Positions 1 through 6,575 of a DNA stretch of 55,838 nt are shown here, one piece after another. The notes under the pieces are model-generated. The model saw only the letters and a list, made by a program, of their open reading frames with translations. It ran no database searches and was not told where the DNA came from. This DNA is from a virus (taxonomy: Duplodnaviria; Caudoviricetes). The position numbers and the translations under genes were made by a program. The stretch is from positions 1-55,838 of IMG/VR virus record IMGVR_UViG_3300046808_000835, one strand, 5' to 3'. Numbering within the stretch: the first letter of the stretch is position 1; the number at the start of each line of letters is the position of its first letter.

Positions 1-536
1 ATATTAAGTAATTTATTATAGCTTTTTTGACTAGTATTATACTTTACACACTGTTCTGCATTTAACTGTATGCTTTCAATAATACTTTGAACTTCTGAGT
101 CTTTATGTGGCAGGCCTAACAACTTTGTTACTGTAAAACTGGCTATACTAATACTGATTTGACTTATATTTAATAAGTCTTTATCTGTAAGAAGCTGTTG
201 TACAAATAGTTCAATATCTTTTAATATCTGATTAGAAAAATCTTTAGAGTAGCTAGTTTTAACAATAGATTTATACTCATCATGAATAGGGCTATCACTA
301 GCCCCTAATGTTTTGCCAAATCTACTAGTATTTTCTACTATTAAATTACCTAATCCAGACATAAAAACTTCACTATTTTTTAGTGCATCTAAAATAGTGG
401 TATAATCAACTAATACAAACATATTATAGTTTTTACTATAATATACGGTATCTAGCTGTCTTATTTTTTCGTAATACTTAAACTTATTTTTTAGCCAATT
501 ATTACAGTGTGGATTAAATAATTCTTCATCTATCAT
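1..536 (-). CDS. Cytochrome P450-like protein, N-terminal ~178 aa (runs off window start)
   Basis: Not in ORF track. Manual translation: MIDEEYFNPHCNNWLKNKFKYYEKIRQLDTVYYSKNYNMFVLVDYTTILDALKNSEVFMSG...LGASDSPIHDEYKSIVKTSYS...SIASFTVTKLLGLPHKD. Fits the bacterial P450 N-terminal pattern (y..lR...pV; vtrY.dv..aL.....Fss; DPP.H...R.lv...F; vi..lLGvP..D). Haem-Cys motif would lie outside the window. Confidence 0.7.
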   Translation of the reverse strand, partial: MIDEELFNPHCNNWLKNKFKYYEKIRQLDTVYYSKNYNMFVLVDYTTILDALKNSEVFMSGLGNLIVENTSRFGKTLGASDSPIHDEYKSIVKTSYSKDFSNQILKDIELFVQQLLTDKDLLNISQISISIASFTVTKLLGLPHKDSEVQSIIESIQLNAEQCVKYNTSQKSYNKLLN

Positions 537-631
537 TTTTTAGGCAAAAACCTGGCTCGATCGCCTAGTTTAAAACTAACTCCTGAATTATCAGGTTTTT
601 TCTTGCTTTGATTATTATTTTGTTTAGTCAT
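533..631 (-). CDS. 32-aa basic peptide translationally coupled to the P450-like gene
   Basis: MTKQNNNQSKKKPDNSGVSFKLGDRARFLPKK; ATGA overlap with the P450 start; directly downstream of a promoter. Confidence 0.5.
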   Translation of the reverse strand: MTKQNNNQSKKKPDNSGVSFKLGDRARFLPKK

Positions 632-662
632 AGTTTTTTGTTAAATTATCAACAGAACAGTT

Positions 663-691
663 ATTATATCAAATTGTGAACACAGTTTCAA
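663..691 (-). promoter_or_regulatory. sigma70-type promoter for the peptide-P450 unit
   Basis: TTGAAA-17 nt-TATAAT on minus strand. Confidence 0.75.
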
Positions 692-708
692 CAAAATATT
701 TTTGCAAC

Positions 709-731
709 AAAAAACCCGGCACAAAGCCGGG
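709..731 (-). terminator. Intrinsic terminator
   Basis: CCCGGC-TTTGT-GCCGGG then T6 on minus strand, just after ORF 737..1066. Confidence 0.75.
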
Positions 732-736
732 CTTGG

Positions 737-1066
737 TTAGTAACCGTATTCAAAAATATCTTGAAAAATTTGTTTAAGTGTAACAACAGGCCGACCACTA
801 CGATAGATAGGCATAGTAATAAAACTACCATCTAAAAGATTTTCTACTGCCAGTTGCTGTCCCAATTTACGGTTATAACGATCTTTTACATTGCAGTAAC
901 TAACTGCAACTCGTGCAAAGTCACCAGTTGGATAACCAACACCATCATGTCGGATAGGTTGATATGCAATAGTGCAGCCACCATAAGGGTAGTCTTTGTT
1001 AAACAAATGCACAATGCGAATATGGTATTCGTCGATCAGATCTTTAATCTCTTGTTGATTACTCAC
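737..1066 (-). CDS. Hypothetical phage protein
   Basis: 109-aa ORF followed by a terminator; AVSYC...DRYNRKLG motif typical of small phage proteins. Confidence 0.7.
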   Translation of the reverse strand: MSNQQEIKDLIDEYHIRIVHLFNKDYPYGGCTIAYQPIRHDGVGYPTGDFARVAVSYCNVKDRYNRKLGQQLAVENLLDGSFITMPIYRSGRPVVTLKQIFQDIFEYGY

Positions 1067-1082
1067 GATTTTTTATGAAAGT

Positions 1083-1157
1083 TGGTGGTTTCTATAGGAT
1101 TCGAACCTATGACCTTTGCCGTGTAAAGGCAACACTCTACCGCTGAGTTAAGAAACC
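1083..1157 (-). tRNA. tRNA-Val(TAC)
   Basis: Cloverleaf GGTTTCT...AGAAACC-ACCA; anticodon loop TTTACAC. Confidence 0.95.
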
Positions 1158-1318
1158 TTGGTTAAACTACGCACTAAACAGTTATTTAGTACGGCTACTT
1201 TTTCTTGTTCTGTGTATTGCAACCACTTTGCTATTTCTTCTAGTGTTCTGTAACAGCCTGTGCAGATATAGCTATTTGGGTCGACCTTGCATACTTTAAT
1301 GCACGGACTGTTTACCAT
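1148..1318 (-). CDS. DUF1289-family small Cys-rich (putative Fe-S) protein
   Basis: MVNSPCIKVCKVD...CTGCYRTLEEIAKW motif; start moved from the ORF-track 1459 to the Met at 1318. Confidence 0.85.
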   Translation of the reverse strand: MVNSPCIKVCKVDPNSYICTGCYRTLEEIAKWLQYTEQEKVAVLNNCLVRSLTKVS

Positions 1319-1323
1319 AGCAA

Positions 1324-1521
1324 TTAAGTTTTTGCTTTTTGTACTACATTTCCTGCAATATAACCACCTACAACACCAAGTGTAATTGTGGTATATGCAC
1401 CCACATCTAGTTTGCCAAAGTATAGCAGTGCAGATGCACCAATTTGTGTTAGCAAACACAAAACAAACTTACGTCCACCTATTTTATCCCAAAAACTACT
1501 CGTTGTTGGTTCTATCTCCAT
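1324..1521 (-). CDS. Small two-TM membrane protein, holin-like
   Basis: GGRKF followed by two hydrophobic segments and a basic C-terminus. Confidence 0.5.
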   Translation of the reverse strand: MEIEPTTSSFWDKIGGRKFVLCLLTQIGASALLYFGKLDVGAYTTITLGVVGGYIAGNVVQKAKT

Positions 1522-1632
1522 GTTCTACCTCTACGATTTTATAATGTAAGAATCCCCAAGAATCTAAAGTCCAGACTATAAAAGTATTTGGACTAAAATC
1601 TTTAATATAGTTAGTTGTATCCATACTGTACT

Positions 1633-1709
1633 TGGCACGAGGCACAGGATTCGAACCTGCGACCATTGGATTAGAAATCCAATGCTCTATCCAGCTGAGC
1701 TAGCCTCGT
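1633..1709 (-). tRNA. tRNA-Arg(TCT)
   Basis: Cloverleaf, anticodon loop TTTCTAA, encoded CCA. Confidence 0.95.
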
Positions 1710-1715
1710 AGTTAT

Positions 1716-1792
1716 TGGTCTGAGTGGCAGGATTCGAACCTGCGGCCTCCTGCTCCCAAAGCAGACGCGATACCGGACTACGCTACACTCAG
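1716..1792 (-). tRNA. tRNA-Pro(TGG)
   Basis: Cloverleaf, anticodon loop TTTGGGA, encoded CCA. Confidence 0.95.
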
Positions 1793-1802
1793 TCTATTGA
1801 TT

Positions 1803-2312
1803 CTATTTTTGTTGCAAGTTTAATGCATGCACAGGCCCTAAGGCTTCACCATAATACTCTACTGTAGCGCTAGTAGGATTAGTTACGGCCTCATTCCATA
1901 TCTGGATATTGTATACTACAGCACCAGTATCACCTGCCTGAAATCCGTGCAAAAATGGTGGAAATGTTATAGAAGAAACGTTGTAATTTGAAGTATTCTC
2001 AAAAGTACTAGAAACTTCTACAAAATTATCTTTTCTGTATACTTTTAATTTACCTGCTAAAATTATCATTTGATTAGCAAATGGATGACTATGAGCAGTA
2101 ATTTTTGGAGTATTTGGATGCATTAAATAATGCTCTATAACAACATTATCTTTTACATACGCTAGATATGAAGTTGTTATATCTGATACAAACACTCTAT
2201 TATTTGGAATAGAATTAAATGGCATATGTACAAAGCCAGAATCTATAAATTCTTGTATAATTTCTAGGGCTTTTTGTACAGACTCATTACTTATTTTTTG
2301 AACTTGTTGCAT
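1803..2312 (-). CDS. Cupin-fold protein
   Basis: Cupin motif 1 (P....HSHP....MIILAG) and motif 2 (PPFLHGF); AT-rich. Confidence 0.65.
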   Translation of the reverse strand: MQQVQKISNESVQKALEIIQEFIDSGFVHMPFNSIPNNRVFVSDITTSYLAYVKDNVVIEHYLMHPNTPKITAHSHPFANQMIILAGKLKVYRKDNFVEVSSTFENTSNYNVSSITFPPFLHGFQAGDTGAVVYNIQIWNEAVTNPTSATVEYYGEALGPVHALNLQQK

Positions 2313-2330
2313 AATAAGTATTTCCAGTAT

Positions 2331-2650
2331 TGATGCCCATTTATTCTGTTACGAGGAAAATGGGCTAAAACCCTAGGCTAGCTTAAGCTGCCAATGCGTA
2401 AACTTCGTCGTTTGCGTTTACTTGTTTTGCTTCTACGGCCAGGTAGTCCTAACCCTAACGGCTTCTGCATTGCCGAGTTGTCTGCGTCGCTACTATTTGC
2501 CCAATCGAAACCGTGACTGGCCCATCATAAACACACCAAGTTAGAAGAATATAGTTCGAACACTCAACTTCTTGTTCTCAATGTGTTTATGGTGGACCAG
2601 GTGGGAGTCGAACCCACGTCCTGAACACTGTTCCCTCAACTTCATACAAC
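2331..2650 (-). ncRNA. ssrA: Circularly permuted (two-piece) tmRNA; tag ANDEVYALAA
   Basis: On minus strand the T-arm plus CTGGTCC-ACCA (ends 2590) precedes a stem-loop intervening segment, then GGGCCAGTCACGGTTTCGA (starts 2523). G3.U70 pair present; tag frame 2415-2383. Outer boundaries approximate. Confidence 0.9.
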
Positions 2651-2730
2651 CATAACACAAAGCACTTTAGCTAGCCATGGAGCCTGTGTGCACCCAGTGG
2701 GGTTTTAACCCAAAAGTGCTTTGTGTTATG
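2651..2730 (-). ncRNA. Candidate structured RNA closed by an 18-bp perfect stem
   Basis: CATAACACAAAGCACTTT ... AAAGTGCTTTGTGTTATG. Confidence 0.45.
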
Positions 2731-2803
2731 ATTTTTGAGCAAGGATTCGAACCTTAATCTGTGTATTGTCTACCTGTGTGTCCCACCACACCGACCCAAA
2801 AAT
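2731..2803 (-). ncRNA. tRNA-like element lacking a normal anticodon arm
   Basis: Acceptor-like TTTGGGT/GCTCAAA, D-arm GTGT/ACAC, T-arm AAGG-TTCGAAT-CCTT; no CCA. Confidence 0.45.
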
Positions 2804-2946
2804 ATGGCAGAGAGCGCCTATCTCTCTCACACGCTAAAACCAAGCACTAACGCTGTTGCCTCGAATACCGTTACAGGTGCGACCAATCCTAGTCACCACT
2901 TTAGCGTTTTATAGGTTCAGCAAGTTGGCATCTTGCAGTTTGCCAT
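2804..2946 (-). ncRNA. Candidate ~140-nt structured RNA ending ...GCCA
   Basis: Terminal stem ATGGCAAA/TCTGCCAT; internal stem ACGCTAAA/TTTAGCGT; no ORF. Confidence 0.4.
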
Positions 2947-2973
2947 AGTTTAGTACAAAACTTGCACTAAACT

Positions 2974-3140
2974 ATGGCAGCAGTCCCTAAACTGCTTTCA
3001 TAGTGTCTTGTTACTATTGGACGACAGTCCGCAGGTCTAGAGTGTCCGTATGCGTAGTCCACCATCACTCGCATATTTTACTAACAGGGTTTCGCCTGTT
3101 ACGCCAGTTTGAGGATAGCTAACTAGGGATTGTTAGCCAT
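2974..3140 (-). ncRNA. Candidate ~165-nt multibranched RNA ending ...GCCA
   Basis: Closing stem ATGGC..CAATCCCTA/TAGGGACTG..GCCAT; helices AAACTG/CAGTTT, TAACAGG/CCTGTTA, TATGCG/CGCATA, ATAGT/ACTAT. Confidence 0.5.
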
Positions 3141-3154
3141 AGCCTTTGCGGGAA

Positions 3155-3427
3155 CTATTCTTTGGTATATTTAGGATTTTCTGCTTCTAGCGCATCCCAA
3201 ATTAAATTATGAATGGTTAAGTATCCTGATAGCTGTGCAGGTGCATATGCACCACCATCAAAGCCAAATACATCATATAGCACATAACGATAACTGCCAC
3301 GCAGTTCAACGTCACCACGATACACACGACGCATAACAGCACAAAAACAATCTAGTTGCTGTTGCTTACTAAGTGAGTTCCAATACTCCTCACTTTGCAC
3401 TTCTAGTTCGTCCCAATAGTCATTCAT
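3155..3427 (-). CDS. Hypothetical protein
   Basis: 90-aa ORF between RNA genes; GSYRYVLYDVFGF motif. Confidence 0.75.
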   Translation of the reverse strand: MNDYWDELEVQSEEYWNSLSKQQQLDCFCAVMRRVYRGDVELRGSYRYVLYDVFGFDGGAYAPAQLSGYLTIHNLIWDALEAENPKYTKE

Positions 3428-3437
3428 AATAATCTCA

Positions 3438-3513
3438 TGGTGCCCCTGGACGGACTCGAACCGCCAACCTACTGATTACAAATCAGTTGCGCTACCAATT
3501 ACGCTACAGAGGC
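3438..3513 (-). tRNA. tRNA-Thr(TGT)
   Basis: Cloverleaf, loop TTTGTAA, CCA. Confidence 0.95.
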
Positions 3514-3517
3514 AATA

Positions 3518-3612
3518 TGGCGGAGAGTAAGAGATTCGAACTCTTGATCAGAGTTATAGCCCCGATGCCTTCTTAGCAGGAAGGTGCCTTCGACCAACTC
3601 GGCCAACTCTCC
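3518..3612 (-). tRNA. tRNA-Ser(GCT)
   Basis: Cloverleaf with long variable arm, loop CTGCTAA, G73-CCA. Confidence 0.95.
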
Positions 3613-3614
3613 AG

Positions 3615-3965
3615 TTACATTTTTGCTGAGCCTACAGGCCAGTCAAAGCTTTCTACGCCCCACTCATCGTCGTCTGATTCTTCCACAGTTTCATAGTTAG
3701 GATCAAACTGTGCTTTAGCTTCCGAAAAGCCACGACGATAAGCAGCATCTACGTTTTCTTTTTCCGACCTAAAGCTAGCTTCAAACTGCGACCACAGTTT
3801 TTCAAACTTCATTTGGTAAAGAGTACTCAAACCAAGCAGTGCATTTTGGTAATCATCTTCCGACACCTTGGTATAGTCGCTGGCTTCAGCCACTGCTTTA
3901 ATATCCTCAACCACACTCCAGCAGGTCATGATTTGCTGCTCAAAATCAAAACGATTAAACTTCAC
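3615..3965 (-). CDS. Hypothetical protein
   Basis: 116-aa ORF with AAGGA RBS; RFDFEQQIMTCW motif. Confidence 0.75.
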   Translation of the reverse strand: MKFNRFDFEQQIMTCWSVVEDIKAVAEASDYTKVSEDDYQNALLGLSTLYQMKFEKLWSQFEASFRSEKENVDAAYRRGFSEAKAQFDPNYETVEESDDDEWGVESFDWPVGSAKM

Positions 3966-4044
3966 GATTTTCCTTTTAGTAAATAAAAAGCCCTAACTCT
4001 CTTGCTCTGACAGACTGGCTACTGTCCCTGGTGTAGGAAAAAAC

Positions 4045-4121
4045 TGGTGGGCCCAACTGGACTTGAACCAGTGACCCCGGAATTATGAGTTCCACGCTCT
4101 AACCATCTGAGCTATAGGCCC
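4045..4121 (-). tRNA. tRNA with CAT anticodon, probably Ile2 (lysidine-type)
   Basis: GGGCCTA acceptor, loop CTCATAA, T-loop TTCAAGT; resembles Ile2 more than fMet or elongator Met. Confidence 0.85.
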
Positions 4122-4243
4122 GACTGAAATAATATTTTACAACGAAACAACTAGTTCAATCAAGTAAATAATTATGTGGGCAACAACGAGATTCAGTTGT
4201 TATTAAGTTTTTATCTGTGAACACGCACAGGCTCGAAACACCC

Positions 4244-4372
4244 ATATTGAAACACACTCAACCCTCTCTCTTTTACACAGCAGACCGGAATGACCGGGGC
4301 TTGAACTGTTTATGCGATATCCTGTTTCGAACCAGGGAGGACCGAGCGCCACAGTGTAAGTGTGTTTCAATA
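4244..4372 (-). ncRNA. Candidate structured RNA in the tRNA-Leu trailer
   Basis: 17-bp perfect inverted repeat CCATATTGAAACACACT (4242-4258 / 4359-4375) enclosing further hairpins. Confidence 0.45.
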
Positions 4373-4457
4373 TGGTGCCCCGGGCCGGACTCGAACCGGC
4401 ACGCCTTGCGGCGGAGGATTTTAAGTCCTCTACGTCTACCTATTCCATCACCGGGGC
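4373..4457 (-). tRNA. tRNA-Leu(TAA)
   Basis: Type II cloverleaf, loop CTTAAAA, CCA. Confidence 0.95.
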
Positions 4458-4479
4458 AGTGCGACACTGTATAAAGAAT

Positions 4480-4508
4480 ATTATACAGTGTTTTGATCGC
4501 ATTTTCAA
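4480..4508 (-). promoter_or_regulatory. sigma70-type promoter
   Basis: TTGAAA-17-TATAAT upstream of tRNA-Leu. Confidence 0.8.
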
Positions 4509-4518
4509 GAAAATTTTT

Positions 4519-4743
4519 TTAAACTTTTACTAGACCGCCTTCACCGTAACAAATGTAAACATTAGAAAAGTCTTGTAACATTTGTTCGTAGTCACGAACT
4601 GAGCAGTAGGGGCCATCTACAATCTTAAAGTCACTACCTTGATGCCACGCAATTAGTGCTTGTTTAGCAGTTTCGTATTTTCTACCATAAGCCGCAGTCA
4701 AGAAAAGTGGGCTAGTCACTTGTTTGATTGCTGTATATCGCAA
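4519..4743 (-). CDS. Hypothetical protein
   Basis: TTG start after GGGGAG RBS and a TTGAAG-17-TATAAT promoter; AYGRKY...DF...GPYCS motif. Confidence 0.6.
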   Translation of the reverse strand: MRYTAIKQVTSPLFLTAAYGRKYETAKQALIAWHQGSDFKIVDGPYCSVRDYEQMLQDFSNVYICYGEGGLVKV

Positions 4744-4859
4744 TTGTTTTCTCCCCAACAGAAATAATATTATAGCACAATGACCAAATGACTTCAAATC
4801 AAAATTTTCTGTTGTGAACTCACAAAAAGAAATAGGCCAGAAAACTCTGGCCTATTTGT

Positions 4860-4988
4860 TTAACTGTTACGAATCCAATCGGACACCAGTCGGTCTACAT
4901 CGCCAACTGTTTGTGGATTGTGTTGCTCTACATATTTGCGTAAGCTGGGTTGAGCAGTAAACCAAGCATAAATTAGCGCCAATAACAT
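4860..4988 (-). CDS. Small hypothetical protein (42 aa)
   Basis: MLLALIYAWFTAQPSLRKYVEQHNPQTVGDVDRLVSDWIRNS; abuts the upstream gene and is followed by a terminator hairpin. Confidence 0.55.
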   Translation of the reverse strand: MLLALIYAWFTAQPSLRKYVEQHNPQTVGDVDRLVSDWIRNS

Positions 4989-4989
4989 A

Positions 4990-5226
4990 TTAGTCTCGTT
5001 TACTAACGAAACCGTACAATTCTTGCGCTTTCTTTAAAATGTCACTAAAGTCGTACATTTTAGGAGCATACTTTTGCCACTCAGTAACGGCAGCTTGATT
5101 AGTACGCACTAGTTCATCAAATGTTTCACGAGCAAAGTCCACACTAACAGCATATTGCTGTTGAAGGTATTCTTGTGCAAGTTCCAACATCCGGGTACGA
5201 ATTTCAAAAGGTGATTTAGTAGTCAT
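4990..5226 (-). CDS. Hypothetical protein
   Basis: KSPFEIR..MLELA...ILKKAQELYGFVS. Confidence 0.75.
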   Translation of the reverse strand: MTTKSPFEIRTRMLELAQEYLQQQYAVSVDFARETFDELVRTNQAAVTEWQKYAPKMYDFSDILKKAQELYGFVSKRD

Positions 5227-5240
5227 AATGTGTGAGTGTG

Positions 5241-5465
5241 TTAAGGTGCTTGATGACGTTGCAATTTTGCTACCAAGTCATCAAGCTCGCTTGGCAACAA
5301 ATACATTTCAAAAATAGTGTTAGCGGCATTATCACCAACATTATTTAGTGCTTCACTAGTAAAACTTACACGAGTATAAGTGCCAAGCTGATTGGTAGTA
5401 ACCCACACCTTGCGATTAACATTTGAGATTATAAGTTGTGTATTATCAGTAGCTTTCATACCCAT
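5241..5465 (-). CDS. Hypothetical protein
   Basis: Start moved to the Met after the stop of ORF 5470..5628 (AAGGA RBS). Confidence 0.6.
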   Translation of the reverse strand: MGMKATDNTQLIISNVNRKVWVTTNQLGTYTRVSFTSEALNNVGDNAANTIFEMYLLPSELDDLVAKLQRHQAP

Positions 5466-5469
5466 TCCT

Positions 5470-5628
5470 TTAAGTTTTAGGTTTAGTTTCTTTAGTTGGC
5501 TTTTTTGGTTTGTTTTGCTGTGCGTGAATAGCACGTTCAGCAGCTTCGCAAGCACTTAGTGTATCAAACTGGCAACGGCCACTTTCGCCATACTTGTACT
5601 TGCCATTAGAACATTTATAACAAGGCAT
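5470..5628 (-). CDS. Small basic Cys-containing protein (52 aa)
   Basis: MPCYKCSNGKYKYGESGRCQFDTLSACEAAERAIHAQ...; not in ORF track; fills the gap exactly. Confidence 0.65.
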   Translation of the reverse strand: MPCYKCSNGKYKYGESGRCQFDTLSACEAAERAIHAQQNKPKKPTKETKPKT

Positions 5629-5630
5629 AG

Positions 5631-5936
5631 TTAATCTAAACTAGGAATTTTTGTTAGTGTTTTGGTTTTATGACCAACAATGGTATCTGTTGGACGATAT
5701 TTACCATCTTGTTCACGATAAACACGAATAAGTGCACCGGGGTCTTCAGGTGTACCAGTAATAGTAAAACTGCTATTAGGCACTGGCTCGCTGCCACTAG
5801 TAATTACTTTTGTTACTTTGCCACGAGCAGTACCACCACTAGAGTTCCAGCTAACACTGTCTCCGCGTCGAACATTCTTGGCTTTTAATGTGATGGCATC
5901 TAGTGCCCTAAACAGCGCATCGTAGTTTAGTTGCAT
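5631..5936 (-). CDS. HVA1/DUF2945-like Tudor-domain protein
   Basis: GDSVSWNSSGGTARGKVTKV...GTPEDP...VGHK..TL; TTGCAT-17-TATAAT promoter upstream. Confidence 0.7.
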   Translation of the reverse strand: MQLNYDALFRALDAITLKAKNVRRGDSVSWNSSGGTARGKVTKVITSGSEPVPNSSFTITGTPEDPGALIRVYREQDGKYRPTDTIVGHKTKTLTKIPSLD

Positions 5937-5997
5937 AGGTTACTCCTTGAATTTAGTAATATTATACTATAAATGCCAGCCCTATGCAACTGTAAAT

Positions 5998-6165
5998 TTA
6001 CTCTGGTTTAGGGTCTGCCTGTTTTTGTGGCTTTTGTGTGGTAACTAGCTCTGAGTCAATCATGATCTTTTTAATTGCAGATCTATGCTCACTATCATTA
6101 ATACCAGCCAAAAGTGTTTTTAGCTGCTTGCTCATGCGATAAGTTTTATCAGGAATGTTTTTCAT
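5998..6165 (-). CDS. Hypothetical protein (55 aa)
   Basis: MKNIPDKTYRMSKQLKTLLA...AIKKIMIDSEL; not in ORF track. Confidence 0.6.
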   Translation of the reverse strand: MKNIPDKTYRMSKQLKTLLAGINDSEHRSAIKKIMIDSELVTTQKPQKQADPKPE

Positions 6166-6178
6166 ATAGATTAATGAG

Positions 6179-6281
6179 TGGTAGAAGGGGTGGGAATCGA
6201 ACCCACATTACTCCGCCTTATCTAGACGGTGCTCTACGAGTTTATAAGGCTCGCCCTTAGGCCAATATTAGCAACCCTTCC
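6179..6281 (-). tRNA. Atypical tRNA-Ile(TAT) with long variable arm
   Basis: GGAAGGG/CCCTTCT-ACCA acceptor, loop CTTATAA, ~30-nt variable region, T-arm GTGGG-TTCGATT-CCCAC; 103 nt. Confidence 0.75.
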
Positions 6282-6282
6282 A

Positions 6283-6441
6283 CTATTGTTTGTTTTGCTC
6301 AGATTCTTGTACTCGTTGCTCTATGCGCCACTTAGCCCACCTAACACGATATTCAAAACTTAGTGGTTGCTGTTCGTGACACACTAAACTACTTTGTGGA
6401 AATGTATTTTCTAGTTCTGCTATTACTTCATCAGCAGTCAT
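6283..6441 (-). CDS. Hypothetical protein
   Basis: MTADEVIAELE...; ATGA overlap with the rubredoxin stop. Confidence 0.55.
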   Translation of the reverse strand: MTADEVIAELENTFPQSSLVCHEQQPLSFEYRVRWAKWRIEQRVQESEQNKQ

Positions 6442-6575
6442 TGTAGTTCTACTGGTTCGTAATCTTCTTTGCCTACTCCACAATCAGGGCACATAAATGT
6501 GTCGTCTAGCTCTGACCAAGGGCCATCAACAGCCTCATCGTGAATGTGTCCACAAATTACGCATGAATAAGTCAT
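6438..6575 (-). CDS. Rubredoxin
   Basis: MTYSCVICGHIHDEAVDGPWSELDDTFMCPDCGVGKEDY; two CxxCG motifs; not in ORF track. Confidence 0.9.
   Translation of the reverse strand: MTYSCVICGHIHDEAVDGPWSELDDTFMCPDCGVGKEDYEPVELQ

Noticed and set aside
1319-1459. N-terminal extension of ORF 1148..1459
   Set aside because: Overlaps the membrane-protein gene in another frame; the DUF1289 motif starts at Met 1318.
2651-3140. Hammerhead ribozyme, RNase P or SRP RNA
   Set aside because: I could not find CUGAnGA/GAAA cores, RNase P P4 motifs or the SRP domain IV motif by eye; left as unclassified ncRNA candidates.
4217-4474. ORFs 4217..4474(+) and 4273..4467(-)
   Set aside because: They overlap tRNA-Leu(TAA) and its structured trailer; translations are tRNA shadows.
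6179-6281. Intron-containing or selenocysteine tRNA
   Set aside because: Extra length lies in the variable arm, not the anticodon loop; anticodon is TAT, not TCA; acceptor stem is 7 bp.
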